A stretch of 38,285 nt of DNA from Candidatus Bipolaricaulota bacterium (lineage in GTDB: Bacteria > Bipolaricaulota > Bipolaricaulia > Bipolaricaulales > Bipolaricaulaceae). How positions within the stretch are numbered: the first letter of the stretch is position 1; the number at the start of each line of letters is the position of its first letter. The stretch covers positions 1-38,285 of the forward strand of contig JACIWM010000001.1 in NCBI GenBank assembly GCA_014360945.1, read 5' to 3'. Below are positions 10,721 to 19,946 of this stretch, piece after piece. The position numbers were made by a program, and so were the translations under genes. The notes under the pieces were generated by a model, which saw only the letters and a program-made list of their open reading frames with translations, did no database searches and was not told the DNA's origin.

Positions 10721-11098
10721 TCACTCCTCCTTGGGCTTGCGCACGCCGTAGCGGGAGCGGCTCTGGCGGCGGCCCTCCACTCCGGCCGCGTCCAAAGCCC
10801 CTCGCACGATGTGGTACTTCACGCCCGGTAAGTCCTTAACCCGTCCGCCCCGCACAAGCACAATGGAGTGCTCCTGGAGGTTATGCCCCTCCCCGGGGAT
10901 GTAGGCCGTGATCTCCCGCCCGTTGGAAAGCCGCACCCGCGCCACCTTCCGAAGGGCGGAGTTCGGCTTCTTAGGGGTGCGGGTGAACACACGCAGGCAC
11001 ACCCCGCGCTTTTGCGGGCAGCCCTCCAGGGCCACGGACTTGCTCTTCCACGGGTTTGGTTTCCGTCCGTACCTCACCAGTTGATTGAACGTCGGCAT
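10721..11098 (-). CDS. rpsL: 30S ribosomal protein S12
   Basis: 125-aa ORF with [72 protein letters not shown]. Confidence 0.97.
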   Translation of the reverse strand: MPTFNQLVRYGRKPNPWKSKSVALEGCPQKRGVCLRVFTRTPKKPNSALRKVARVRLSNGREITAYIPGEGHNLQEHSIVLVRGGRVKDLPGVKYHIVRGALDAAGVEGRRQSRSRYGVRKPKEE

Positions 11099-11116
11099 AA
11101 ACGATCACCTCGAATT

Positions 11117-14100
11117 TTAATTATTTGCGGGCTTGGACTCAACGGACTCGTCGCGGGGGAAGCCCGTGCCCACCGGGATCTTCTTCCCCACCATGAGGCA
11201 GGCCTTGAGGCTCTCGAGGTAGTCCTCTTCCCCGCGCAGCGCCGCGTCGGAGAGGACCTTGGTGGTGCGTTCAAACGAGGCCGCCGCCAGCCAGGATTTG
11301 CGCACCAACGCCACCCGGGAGATCCTGAGGAGCTCCCGCTCGCCTTGCGGCAAGCGATATTCAGAGATACGTACAGTACGAGGCTCTCCATGGACCTCCA
11401 CCCGTATTTGCCGCACGCCCAAGGCCACCATGCGCTCCAAAAGGTCGCGGGTCAGGGTCTCGCCGGCCTCGGCCACCGTCACCCCGCCTCGGATCACGGG
11501 CGCAAGGAGCTTCGCTCCTACCAACTCCTCCCGGGCGGCCCGGATCCGCTCGTTCTCCTGGCTTAAGCGCTCCACCTCCCGCTGGAAGATCTCCAGGGGC
11601 ACGATGTCGTTGAGGAGGAAATCGGACTCTCCGGGGTCGATGATGCGCACATGGTTCAGGATTTGACGCAGTACGACCTCGAAGTGCTTGTCGTTGATAT
11701 CCACGCCCTGGGTCTTGTACACGCGCTGAAGCTCGGTGAGAAGGTATTCGAAGGCCTTGCGAACTCCGGCCACTTCCATGAGGTACTGGGGCGGGACGAC
11801 CCCTTTGGAGATGGGATCGCCGCGCTCCACCTTGTCGCCCTCCCGGACGATAGCGACTTCCGTGCACTCCACCCGGGCTCGGAAGCGGAAGCGCACATGA
11901 CATAGGTCCTCGTCGCCGCGGATCTCCTCCACCACCACGGTGTCGGAGAGGGCGGGAAGGCCAAGGCGCAGGACTTCTTGGCCGGCTCGGACCGGGCCGC
12001 CATGTTCCACCCGCGGCTCGATCCCCTCGGGAACGGGCACGATCAATCCCCGGCTGGACCGGTGCCGAATGGCCAAGGACCCGGGGGCAAGGAGAACCCG
12101 TCCGGAAGTTTCCGCCTGGAGGGTAAGGGGGCGGGAACGGGTGGTGAGTTTCGTCCCCTCCGGGACCTCCTCCCCGTTCTTCACCAGGATTTGCGCTCCG
12201 TACGGAACCTCGTAGGAATAGGTGCGGCCGTCCTGGCCGTGGAGGAGGATGTACCGATGCTTTTTGTCCTCCGTGATTTCTACCCGTCCGGCCACCTCCG
12301 CCACCACCGCCTCCTGGTGGAATTCCTCCGTGAGGCTTGCGCCCTCCTCCACTTCCTCACCGTGGGCCACCTTGGCCTTCACCCCTTGGGGCAGGGTGTA
12401 GAACCGGTCCAAATCATCGTCGAGGATGGCCAAGTATTTGCGCCCATCCTCGGTGAAGAAGAAGGCGCGGCCGTCCACCGGGCTTTTCAGGGAGAAGAGC
12501 TTGGAGCTATCCACCTCCTCACCCTCGGCCACCTGGAGGAGGGCGGCGGGCACGACCACCGTGCGGGGATCGGACTCGATCTCCACGATGTCTTGGCCGG
12601 TGCGGGCCGTCTCAAGTTTCACCACGCGCCCGGTCAAGGGTGCCACCGCGGCATGGGGAGCTTTCGTGGTTTTACGGGCTTCAAAAAGCTCTTCCGCTCT
12701 AGGAAGGCCCTGGGTGATGTCCACTCCGGCCACACCACCGGTGTGGAAGGTTCTCATAGTGAGCTGGGTTCCCGGCTCGCCGATGGATTGGGCAGCGATG
12801 ATTCCCACGGCCGTGCCCTTCTCCACGAGCCGGTGGAACGCGAGATCCATGCCGTAGCAAAGCTGGCAGACGCCGCCCGCTGTCTGGCAGGTCACAGGCG
12901 AGCGCACAATGAACCTCGGCCGCACCCGGATCTTCTCCACCCCCGCCGCCCGCAGCTCTTGGACAAGCTCCGGGGTGAGGGCCTCGTTTTCTCGGACAAT
13001 GACGTAGCCCTTTTCGGGGTGGTACACGTCCCGTACGGACTTGGCCAAATGCGCGCGCTCCTCCACCTTAGGCGCGGAAAGGTCCAAATCCACCTCCAGC
13101 CGGCCCACCTTCTCCGCAGTGACCCGATCGATCATCGTTCCTGCAGGGACCAGGACCTCGCCGGTGGCCGGATGGTAGATGGGCTCGGCCGTGACCCGGC
13201 CATAGAGCCGTTCGGGAATGTCCTCCATGATTTCCCCTTTGGGGGCGAAATAGAGGGGATCGATCTCCACCCCTTGCTTAGTTCCGCAATCGTATTCCTT
13301 GACAATCACGTCCACGCAGGCGTCCACCAATCGCCGGGTGAGGTACCCAGCGGTGGCCGTGCGCAGGGCCGTATCGGCCGTGCCTTTACGCGCGCCGTGG
13401 GTGGAGATGAAGTACTCGAAGATGGAAAGGCCCTCCCGGAAGTTGGAGATCACCGGCCACTCGATAACTCGCCCTTGCGGATCGGCCATGGGGCCACGCA
13501 TTCCCGCCAGTTGTTTCACTTGGCCGGATGAGCCCCGGGCACCGGAGGCCACAATCCCATACACGGGGTTGAACGGGTTGCGCGCGAGGTTCTGCATGGT
13601 GGCCTTCTCCACCCGGTTCACTGTCTCCCGCCACACCTGGGTCACGGCCTGATACCGTTGCTCCGCGGTGCACAGGCCCCGCTGGTACATGTGTTGGATG
13701 CGGTCCACCTTCTCTTGGGCTTCCTGGACGATCTCCCACTTTTCCGGCGGGATTTCGCAGTCGGGGACGGAGATGGTGAGACCGGAGAGGGTGGCGAACC
13801 TGAACCCAAGCTCCTTGAGCTGGTCCAAAACCTCCGCGGTCTTCTCCCAGCCGTGGCGAAGATAGCACTCCTCGATCTTGCGGCGAGTGCGGCGCGAGTC
13901 CCAAACAAGGTTGTAGTCCCGAAGATCAGGGGGAAGCACCTGGTTTAGAAGGGCTCGGCCAAGGGTCGTCTCCACAAGCTTCCCGTCGATCCTGATCTTC
14001 ACCGGCGCGTGAAGATCGAGGTGTCCCAGTTCCCAAGCTTTAAGGGCCTCCTCAATGGAGCGGAAGGCTTTCCCTTTGCCCTTTCCCTGGGGATTGAGGA

Positions 14101-16045
14101 TGGTGAGGTAGTAAAAGCCGTAGATCTGGTCCTGGGTGGGGGTGGCCAAGGGCCGGCCATGCGCCGGGGAGAGGATGTTCTTCGCGGAAAGCATGATCTC
14201 TTTGGCCTCCCACACGGCATCCTTGGAGAGAGGAAGGTGTACGGCCATCTGATCCCCGTCGAAGTCGGCGTTGTAGGGCGGACATACATGGGGATGGATT
14301 TGGATGGCATCCCCGTCCACGAGGACCGGCTCAAAGGCTTGGATGGAAAGGCGATGTAGGGTGGGGGCGCGGTTGAGGAGGACCGGATATTCCTTCACCA
14401 GCTTTTCCAAAGCATCCCAAACCTCGGGAAGCTCGCCGGCCAGGGCCCGGTTTTTCACCTCGTCGTAGTCGGCATAAGGAAGGCCCTCCACCTGGGCGAG
14501 GATGAAGGGTTTGAAAAGCTCCAGGGCCATCTTCTTGGGGATGCCGCACTGATGAAGCTTGAGCTTGGGGTTGACCACGATCACGGCCCGGCCGGAGTAG
14601 TCCACGCGGCGGCCCAAAAGATGCCGGCGTAGCCTCCCCTGCTTCCCTTGGATGCGCTCGGAAAGGCTCTTGAGGGGCCGACCATCTCGACCCTTGATGG
14701 GGTTGTCCTTCTTCTCGTTGTGGATGAGGGCATCCACCGCTTCCTGGAGCATGCGCCGCTCGTTGCGGAGGATGATCTCCGGCGCGCCCATTTCCATGAG
14801 CTTCTTTAGCCGGTTATTGCGGTTGATGATGCGCCGATAAAGGTCGTTGAGGTCGGTGGTGGCGAATTTCCCGCCCTCCAGTTGGATCATGGGCCGCAGA
14901 GCCGGGGGAAGGACGGGGATGACCTCGAGAACCATGTCCTGGGGCCTATTTCCGGAGCGGCGAAGCTGCTCCACCACTTCCAGCCGGTGCAGGATCCGCC
15001 GGCGGTCGGTCTGGCTCACCGTGCGGTCCAGCTCCTCCCAGAGCTCCTCGGCCAGGGCATCCAAATCCAGCGCGGCCAAAAGTTTCTTGATCCCCTCCGC
15101 GCCGGTGGCCGCCTCAAATCCGTCCGGATAGGCTCGCTGATAGGCCCGCACCTCCAGGGAGGAGAGCATCTGCCCAACTTTTAGAGGGACGTTCTCCGCC
15201 ACCCGGACCACAAGGTGGGCGAGGTTGTCCACCACCTCCACCACCGGATGGCCCTCCACCCCCTCGTAGCGGGCGCGGAGCATATCGAACATCGTTTGCG
15301 AACAAATTTCCTTGACCGGCTGCTCGCAGAGAAGCTCCCCTTCCGCCACCTCATCCCCATCCTCCACGAAAAGCTCGGCGTCCAGGGTCACGGGATATTC
15401 ATGGTGGCCGACCACCAAAACCCTGAAGGTCTCACCGTTTTGGAGCTTTCTCTCCTCGAACCGGACCCGTCCGGCCTCCTCGGCCACGATGCGCGGGCTT
15501 TCCGTGATCAAAAACGCCCGCTCCGCCTGGAAGGTGAAGACGCTCTGGAGGATGCGGAGCTCTGTGGCGTATAAGGTCTCCCCGGGTTTTATTTTTGGAG
15601 AGGCCGACTGGGTCACGATGTACAGCTCCTCCCTGGCCGTTTCCGTCTCGTAATACGCGATGCGCCTAAGATCCCGGCGTTTTATGCCCAAGAGGCGGGA
15701 AAGGGGGCTGGCCACGCCTTTCAGATACCAGAAGTGCACCACCGGGCTGGCCAGACGGATATGGCCCATGTTCACCCGGCGCACCGAGGAGTCCGTCACC
15801 AACACCCCGCACTTGTCACAGGTTATGCCCTCGTAGCGTTTCCCTCGATACTTTCCGCAGGCACACTCGTAGTCGTTCTCCGGACCAAATATCTCCTCCG
15901 CATAAAGCCCGCCCCGCTCGGGCTTATGCGTGCGGTAGTTGATGGTCTCGGAGTTCGTCACCTCCCCTTTGGACCAGGAAAGGATTTCCTCCGGGGAGGC
16001 CAAACCGATACGAATCCTAGCGATATCGTCACCAGAGATGGGCAC
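11117..16045 (-). CDS. rpoC: DNA-directed RNA polymerase subunit beta' (1642 aa, with lineage-specific insertions)
   Basis: Signatures present: the N-terminal zinc motif CACGKY...CDKCG, the catalytic [14 protein letters not shown] (nt 14252-14272), the trigger-loop region [11 protein letters not shown], and the C-terminal [18 protein letters not shown] start at 16045. Confidence 0.97.
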   Translation of the reverse strand: MPISGDDIARIRIGLASPEEILSWSKGEVTNSETINYRTHKPERGGLYAEEIFGPENDYECACGKYRGKRYEGITCDKCGVLVTDSSVRRVNMGHIRLASPVVHFWYLKGVASPLSRLLGIKRRDLRRIAYYETETAREELYIVTQSASPKIKPGETLYATELRILQSVFTFQAERAFLITESPRIVAEEAGRVRFEERKLQNGETFRVLVVGHHEYPVTLDAELFVEDGDEVAEGELLCEQPVKEICSQTMFDMLRARYEGVEGHPVVEVVDNLAHLVVRVAENVPLKVGQMLSSLEVRAYQRAYPDGFEAATGAEGIKKLLAALDLDALAEELWEELDRTVSQTDRRRILHRLEVVEQLRRSGNRPQDMVLEVIPVLPPALRPMIQLEGGKFATTDLNDLYRRIINRNNRLKKLMEMGAPEIILRNERRMLQEAVDALIHNEKKDNPIKGRDGRPLKSLSERIQGKQGRLRRHLLGRRVDYSGRAVIVVNPKLKLHQCGIPKKMALELFKPFILAQVEGLPYADYDEVKNRALAGELPEVWDALEKLVKEYPVLLNRAPTLHRLSIQAFEPVLVDGDAIQIHPHVCPPYNADFDGDQMAVHLPLSKDAVWEAKEIMLSAKNILSPAHGRPLATPTQDQIYGFYYLTILNPQGKGKGKAFRSIEEALKAWELGHLDLHAPVKIRIDGKLVETTLGRALLNQVLPPDLRDYNLVWDSRRTRRKIEECYLRHGWEKTAEVLDQLKELGFRFATLSGLTISVPDCEIPPEKWEIVQEAQEKVDRIQHMYQRGLCTAEQRYQAVTQVWRETVNRVEKATMQNLARNPFNPVYGIVASGARGSSGQVKQLAGMRGPMADPQGRVIEWPVISNFREGLSIFEYFISTHGARKGTADTALRTATAGYLTRRLVDACVDVIVKEYDCGTKQGVEIDPLYFAPKGEIMEDIPERLYGRVTAEPIYHPATGEVLVPAGTMIDRVTAEKVGRLEVDLDLSAPKVEERAHLAKSVRDVYHPEKGYVIVRENEALTPELVQELRAAGVEKIRVRPRFIVRSPVTCQTAGGVCQLCYGMDLAFHRLVEKGTAVGIIAAQSIGEPGTQLTMRTFHTGGVAGVDITQGLPRAEELFEARKTTKAPHAAVAPLTGRVVKLETARTGQDIVEIESDPRTVVVPAALLQVAEGEEVDSSKLFSLKSPVDGRAFFFTEDGRKYLAILDDDLDRFYTLPQGVKAKVAHGEEVEEGASLTEEFHQEAVVAEVAGRVEITEDKKHRYILLHGQDGRTYSYEVPYGAQILVKNGEEVPEGTKLTTRSRPLTLQAETSGRVLLAPGSLAIRHRSSRGLIVPVPEGIEPRVEHGGPVRAGQEVLRLGLPALSDTVVVEEIRGDEDLCHVRFRFRARVECTEVAIVREGDKVERGDPISKGVVPPQYLMEVAGVRKAFEYLLTELQRVYKTQGVDINDKHFEVVLRQILNHVRIIDPGESDFLLNDIVPLEIFQREVERLSQENERIRAAREELVGAKLLAPVIRGGVTVAEAGETLTRDLLERMVALGVRQIRVEVHGEPRTVRISEYRLPQGERELLRISRVALVRKSWLAAASFERTTKVLSDAALRGEEDYLESLKACLMVGKKIPVGTGFPRDESVESKPANN

Positions 16046-16051
16046 CGCTCA

Positions 16052-16270
16052 TCACCCCTTCTTCTCCGCTCCACCCTCACTTCTGCCCTTCTTTCGGCGG
16101 TAGTCGGTGGTGTAAAACCCACTTCCCTTATAGATCACTCCGAAATAGGAAAGGAGGCGCGTGACCGCATCGGCTCCGCACCCGGGGCAACGAACCCGGG
16201 GGTTCCCATAGGGAACAAGCTCACGAAATTCCGTCCCACAACGATCGCAACGGAAACGATAGATGGGCAT
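16052..16270 (-). CDS. FmdB-family zinc-ribbon protein (CxxC...CxxC)
   Basis: 72-aa protein from the internal ATG at 16270, preceded by AAGGAGGTG. MPIYRFRCDRCGTEF...VRCPGCGA is the typical FmdB/CxxC_CxxC_SSSS layout. The stop lies 6 nt before the rpoC start. Confidence 0.8.
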   Translation of the reverse strand: MPIYRFRCDRCGTEFRELVPYGNPRVRCPGCGADAVTRLLSYFGVIYKGSGFYTTDYRRKKGRSEGGAEKKG

Positions 16271-16329
16271 CGCCCACCTCCTTATGTCCTCATTCCGCGG
16301 GAAAGAAGCCTGACACGGAATCAAAATTG

Positions 16330-17310
16330 CTATTTTACCAGGGCTTCTTTAGGCTGCAAGGAGCCCGGTCGAACCGAAAGGCGAGAGGTCTCCTCTTCCT
16401 CTTCGGCCCGGAAGCAAACCGTCCAAGGCTTATCCGAGGAGAACCCGCCCACGTGCAGAAGATGGGCCGCCGCTTGGCGGATGAGGTCAGCCCGTTCCGT
16501 TGGGCTTATCTTCGGCCATGGCGCGCGCAAAAGGCCCAAAGGAGTCCCGGGAACAGGGATGTAAAGGCGTACATCCTCCGGCAAAAAGAGCTCCTGCAGC
16601 CGCACCTGTTCGGCCGGGGTCACGGCGATCACCAAAAGCCTTCCCGGACCCAGGCGCACCAGGAGGGGGAACTCCAAAAGGCGCACGAAGCTCGCGGTGA
16701 AAACCCCGTCCTGCGCAAAAGCTCGGCAGCGCCGAGCAAACTCGGGATCCCGCAAAAGGCAATATCGGCCGTTCGGAGGAGGCTGAAGGCCAAAGGTCTT
16801 GGCTAGCTCCGTAAGTTTTCCCTCCGCCTCCGTGGCGGTGAGATCAAAAAGCTTTTCCCGCTCGATCAAGCCCTCCCGTTCCGCCCAGGTTGGAGGGAGG
16901 AGTTTGGCGGAGAGGGGGCGGAGGACTCGGCCGCTTAGGCCCAGCTCCTCATCCGTGGCCACAAGCTCAGAAACGCCAAGCCCGCCTTTTCCTGCGACCT
17001 CACCGGTGATGATGAGGTCGAAACGGCGGCCGCGGAAAAGGCGCGCGGCCCGGGCGAGAAGAATACGTCGGCATGTCCCACACGGGAAAAGAGCGCCGTT
17101 CTCATAAGGAAGGCGTAAAAACGCGCGTTTCAAAGTCACAAACCGCAGGGAGATCCGTAAAGAATCAGCAAGTTCTTGAATCTCTTCTTCTCCCCGAAAA
17201 AATGGGGAACGGAAGAACACGAAGGAAAGATCTTTACAACCCGCACGTTCCGCAACTTTTGCGGCCAACAAACTTGCCGGACTTCCGGAAAAAAGGACTA
17301 CCGCGCGAAT
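16330..17310 (-). CDS. PP-loop (adenine-nucleotide alpha-hydrolase) superfamily protein, MnmA/ThiI-like; start uncertain
   Basis: The track ORF starts at TTG 17271. The open frame upstream encodes (I)RAVVLFSGSPASLL, the position of the PP-loop motif. ATT at 17310 follows AGGAGGGG. Downstream: PCGTCRR and IITGEVAG..G, resembling tRNA-thiolation enzymes. Confidence 0.6.
   Translation of the reverse strand: MRAVVLFSGSPASLLAAKVAERAGCKDLSFVFFRSPFFRGEEEIQELADSLRISLRFVTLKRAFLRLPYENGALFPCGTCRRILLARAARLFRGRRFDLIITGEVAGKGGLGVSELVATDEELGLSGRVLRPLSAKLLPPTWAEREGLIEREKLFDLTATEAEGKLTELAKTFGLQPPPNGRYCLLRDPEFARRCRAFAQDGVFTASFVRLLEFPLLVRLGPGRLLVIAVTPAEQVRLQELFLPEDVRLYIPVPGTPLGLLRAPWPKISPTERADLIRQAAAHLLHVGGFSSDKPWTVCFRAEEEEETSRLSVRPGSLQPKEALVK
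16332..16359 (-). promoter_or_regulatory. Candidate sigma70-type promoter upstream of the FmdB gene and rpoC (TTGCAG-N16-TAAAAT)
   Basis: On the minus strand, the -35 TTGCAG is at 16359..16354 and the -10 TAAAAT at 16337..16332. It lies in the 3' end of the PP-loop gene. Pattern match only. Confidence 0.25.
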
Positions 17311-17319
17311 TACCCCTCC

Positions 17320-17832
17320 TCACCTTTGCATCCGGATCAGTCCATACTTTCCGGTCTTCTTTTTATACAGCACTGCTGGTTCCTCGGTTTCGGCCTCCAG
17401 AAACACCAAAAACGGCTGTCCACTGGCTTCAAGCTCGGCCACGGCCTCCTCCAGTGGGAGGGGTTTGCGCAGGTAATCCTCGATCTCGATCTCCGGGCGT
17501 TTGGTGGAGACCGAAGCCAACGGTTCCGTCCCCCCAGATTTGCGTACAACCCGAAGCTTCTCCTTGAACTGCACAAGCTGCCTTTGCATTTTGTCCACGG
17601 CCTCGTCCAAGGAGGACAACATGTCGTTGTTTTCCGCCACAGCTTTTATCACCTTTTTGTTCACAAGATGGGCGGTGATCTGAACGCGATGGACCGCACC
17701 CTCCGTCTCCAAAACCACGTCCATGCGGGTGATGCGATTAAAATAGCGGGAAAGGACGCCAACCTTTTTCTCCACATATTCCCGCATGGCCTCAGACGGG
17801 GTCGCATAGCGCTCTACGATGTGCAGCTCCAT
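17320..17832 (-). CDS. hpf: Ribosome hibernation promoting factor, long form
   Basis: 170-aa protein from the ATG at 17832, preceded by AGGAGG. The N-terminal domain (MELHIVERY...REYVEKKV..L.RYF) is sigma54-modulation/YfiA-like. The C-terminal dimerisation domain has PFLVFLEAETEEPAVLYKKKTGKYGLI. Confidence 0.9.
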   Translation of the reverse strand: MELHIVERYATPSEAMREYVEKKVGVLSRYFNRITRMDVVLETEGAVHRVQITAHLVNKKVIKAVAENNDMLSSLDEAVDKMQRQLVQFKEKLRVVRKSGGTEPLASVSTKRPEIEIEDYLRKPLPLEEAVAELEASGQPFLVFLEAETEEPAVLYKKKTGKYGLIRMQR

Positions 17833-17851
17833 TCCTTGCCTCCTAGAAACC

Positions 17852-17879
17852 ATTATAATCTTTTTTGCCCGCAAGTCAA
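17852..17879 (-). promoter_or_regulatory. Near-consensus sigma70-type promoter for hpf (TTGACT-N16-TATAAT)
   Basis: On the minus strand, the -35 TTGACT is at 17879..17874 and overlaps the cca stop codon. The -10 TATAAT is at 17857..17852, about 20 nt upstream of the hpf ATG. Confidence 0.45.
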
Positions 17880-19318
17880 GAGGGATTCGCCTTTTTGTCT
17901 GAGCGCAAAAATTTTGCTGCTTCCTTTAGCGCTTCTTCTCGAGAGGAGATCTCCCCGGCTAGAATTCGCTCGTGTATTGCGGAGAGGATTTTTCCCAACT
18001 CCGGCCCGGGGCGGATGCCCATAACCAGAAGATCGTGGCCAGAAATGAGTTGGCGGGCGCGCTTCACTCCCTGAACCCGTCGCAGATGCACCAAAAGCCG
18101 TACCGTTTGAGCCAGCACCGGAAGCCAGGCGCGGCTGCGGTGTGCGGAGGCCTCGGCATCACAGATGAGGACCCGCAAAAGATCTGAAAACTTTGGAAAA
18201 CGCCTGACACATTGGGAAAGCGGGTGCTCTTCTTTTTCGCCGGTCTCTAAAAGAAGGACCTGTTTTCCCAGGCCCATCTCGGGAAGGCGAGCCACCCGCA
18301 TGTGCTCCGAAACAAGGAAGCTCACGTGCTCGATATCTTTGCGGGGGAAGCGCAGTCTTGTGAGGGCTTCCTCCGCGATCCGGGCCCCCAGTTGGCAATG
18401 GCCGGCCATGTGCTCCCCGCCGGAACGGGCTAGGGCTAAGGGTTTCCCGGCGTCGTGGAAGAGGATGGCAAGTTTCAAAAGTGGCTCGTCCCAAATTCCG
18501 TCAGCAACACGCAGGGCAAAAACGGTGTGGGAAAACACGTCTCCTTCGGGATGGTATTCCTCCGGCTGGGGTACTCCCCGCAGGCGGCCGATCTCGGGAA
18601 GGATATGCTCTAAAAGCCCAAGATCCGCGAGGAGTTCCAGTCCTTCCGCGGAGCGCGGGGTAGCAAGGATGCGCACCAGTTCATCTCGGATGCGTTCCCA
18701 AGAGATCCTCAAGATCTTTTCTGCGTGTCGGCGAATGGCGTCCGCGGTGTTCTTCTCCAGTTGGAATCCAAGCTGGCACACGAACCGCACGGCCCGGAGC
18801 ATGCGCAGGTAATCCTCGGAGAACCGGCGGTCCGGGTCGCCAATAGTGCGGATGAGCCTAGCTTGGAGATCTGCAATTCCACCCACAAGGTCGATGACCT
18901 CGCCGTCAGGGGTGGCGGCCAACCCGTTTACCGTGAAGTCCCGGCGTTTGAGGTCCTCAGCGAGGTCTGCCCATCGCACGTGTTCGGGGCGCCGGCCGTC
19001 CCGATAGCCTTCCTCCGTGCGGAATGTGGCCACTTCGTATTGCCGGCCATCCCTTCCCACGACCACCATCACCCCGAACGCCTCGCCCACGGGTAGGACC
19101 CGGTGTTTTGGAAAAAGGCGAGGAATCTCGTGCGGGGGCGCGGAGGTGGCGATATCCACGTCTTGGGGAGAGAAGGGAAGATCGGAAAGCTCCGCCAAAA
19201 TGGCGTCCCGTACTACCCCACCCACCAGAACCACGGTGTGCCCGGCGGCGCTCAGCCCCTCCACGATCTCCTTGGCCGTGGGATGTTCTTGCCAAATCCG
19301 CTCGATGGGGATACGCAC
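17876..19318 (-). CDS. cca: CCA-adding tRNA nucleotidyltransferase with HD domain
   Basis: 480-aa ORF with the class II nucleotidyltransferase head VGGVVRDA...DVDIAT, RRDFT.NGLA, ED.LR.LRAVRF and the HD motif LFHDAGKP. GTG start at 19318. Confidence 0.88.
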   Translation of the reverse strand: MRIPIERIWQEHPTAKEIVEGLSAAGHTVVLVGGVVRDAILAELSDLPFSPQDVDIATSAPPHEIPRLFPKHRVLPVGEAFGVMVVVGRDGRQYEVATFRTEEGYRDGRRPEHVRWADLAEDLKRRDFTVNGLAATPDGEVIDLVGGIADLQARLIRTIGDPDRRFSEDYLRMLRAVRFVCQLGFQLEKNTADAIRRHAEKILRISWERIRDELVRILATPRSAEGLELLADLGLLEHILPEIGRLRGVPQPEEYHPEGDVFSHTVFALRVADGIWDEPLLKLAILFHDAGKPLALARSGGEHMAGHCQLGARIAEEALTRLRFPRKDIEHVSFLVSEHMRVARLPEMGLGKQVLLLETGEKEEHPLSQCVRRFPKFSDLLRVLICDAEASAHRSRAWLPVLAQTVRLLVHLRRVQGVKRARQLISGHDLLVMGIRPGPELGKILSAIHERILAGEISSREEALKEAAKFLRSDKKANPS

Positions 19319-19336
19319 ATGCTATTATCGCCGAAT

Positions 19337-19365
19337 TTGCCGAAAACACCGAAGCAGGCTAGTAT
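19337..19365 (+). promoter_or_regulatory. Candidate promoter for frr and the atp operon (TTGCCG-N17-TAGTAT)
   Basis: Found in the 66-nt divergent spacer between cca and frr. The -35 is at 19337..19342 and the -10 at 19360..19365. GGAGGAGGA precedes the frr ATG. Confidence 0.3.
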
Positions 19366-19384
19366 TGTTGTGGAGGAGGATGCG

Positions 19385-19942
19385 ATGGAGCACGCGGTGG
19401 TCCGGGAGGCCCGCGAACGCATGGGAAAGACTTTGGACGTCTTTCGCCAGGAGCTGGGGAAGGTCCATACCGGGCGGGCTAACCCTGCGTTGTTGGAGGA
19501 CATCCGTGTCGATTATTACGGGGTCCCCACCCCCTTGAAACAATTGGCCAACATCGTTGCTCCCGATCCTGATCTTTTGGTGGTGCGGCCGTTCGATAAG
19601 TCCCAAATCGGAGCCATCGAGAAGGCCATTCGCGCTGCGGACCTGGGCCTCAACCCCCAAAACGACGGACAGCTCATTCGCATAAAGGTTCCCCGCCTTT
19701 CCGAGGAGCGCCGAGACGAGCTGGCTAAGCTCGTGGCCAAAAAGGCGGAGGAGGCAAAAATTGCACTCCGTAACATCCGGCGCGAACTAAAAGAAAGGCT
19801 TGAGCAAGAGAAAAAGGACGGAAAAATTTCCGAGGACGACTTTTTCCGCCTCCAAAAGGAATTGGATCAGGTGACCTCCGATTTCACCAAAAAAGTGGAG
19901 GAGTTGGCGGAAAAGAAGGCCGAGGAAATGCGCACCCTCTGA
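19385..19942 (+). CDS. frr: Ribosome recycling factor
   Basis: 185-aa protein from the internal ATG at 19385. It has L...F...L.KVHTGRANPALLE.I.VDYYG..TPL.Q.A.I..PD...L.V.P.D... and RNIRR. The ORF-track N-terminal extension overlaps cca on the opposite strand. Confidence 0.95.
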   Translation: MEHAVVREARERMGKTLDVFRQELGKVHTGRANPALLEDIRVDYYGVPTPLKQLANIVAPDPDLLVVRPFDKSQIGAIEKAIRAADLGLNPQNDGQLIRIKVPRLSEERRDELAKLVAKKAEEAKIALRNIRRELKERLEQEKKDGKISEDDFFRLQKELDQVTSDFTKKVEELAEKKAEEMRTL

Positions 19943-19946
19943 GTCC

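Noticed and set aside
11978-13531. A 517-aa ORF on the plus strand. There are similar long antisense ORFs at 6156..7241, 8593..9333, 9889..10659, 17176..18024, 20164..20838, 23057..23881 and 36207..37256.
   Set aside because: All of them lie antisense to, or out of frame with, strongly conserved genes (rpoC, rplD, fusA, hpf/cca, atpB, atpA and others). Their translations are low-complexity and Arg/Pro/Gly/His-rich, which is typical of stop-poor alternative frames in GC-rich DNA. None has an SD sequence or a recognisable motif.
17320-17322. The in-frame TGA between hpf and the PP-loop ORF read as a selenocysteine codon.
   Set aside because: I saw no SECIS-like hairpin immediately downstream. 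The context is a normal stop followed by an SD-like AGGAGG. An ATT start is the simpler explanation. Read-through is kept only as an alternative in the findings.
19319-19384. A promoter for cca in the divergent spacer (GATAAT 5 nt before the GTG start).
   Set aside because: There is no acceptable -35 at 16-18 nt spacing, and the -10 candidate lies too close to the start codon to interpret confidently. I left it unannotated.
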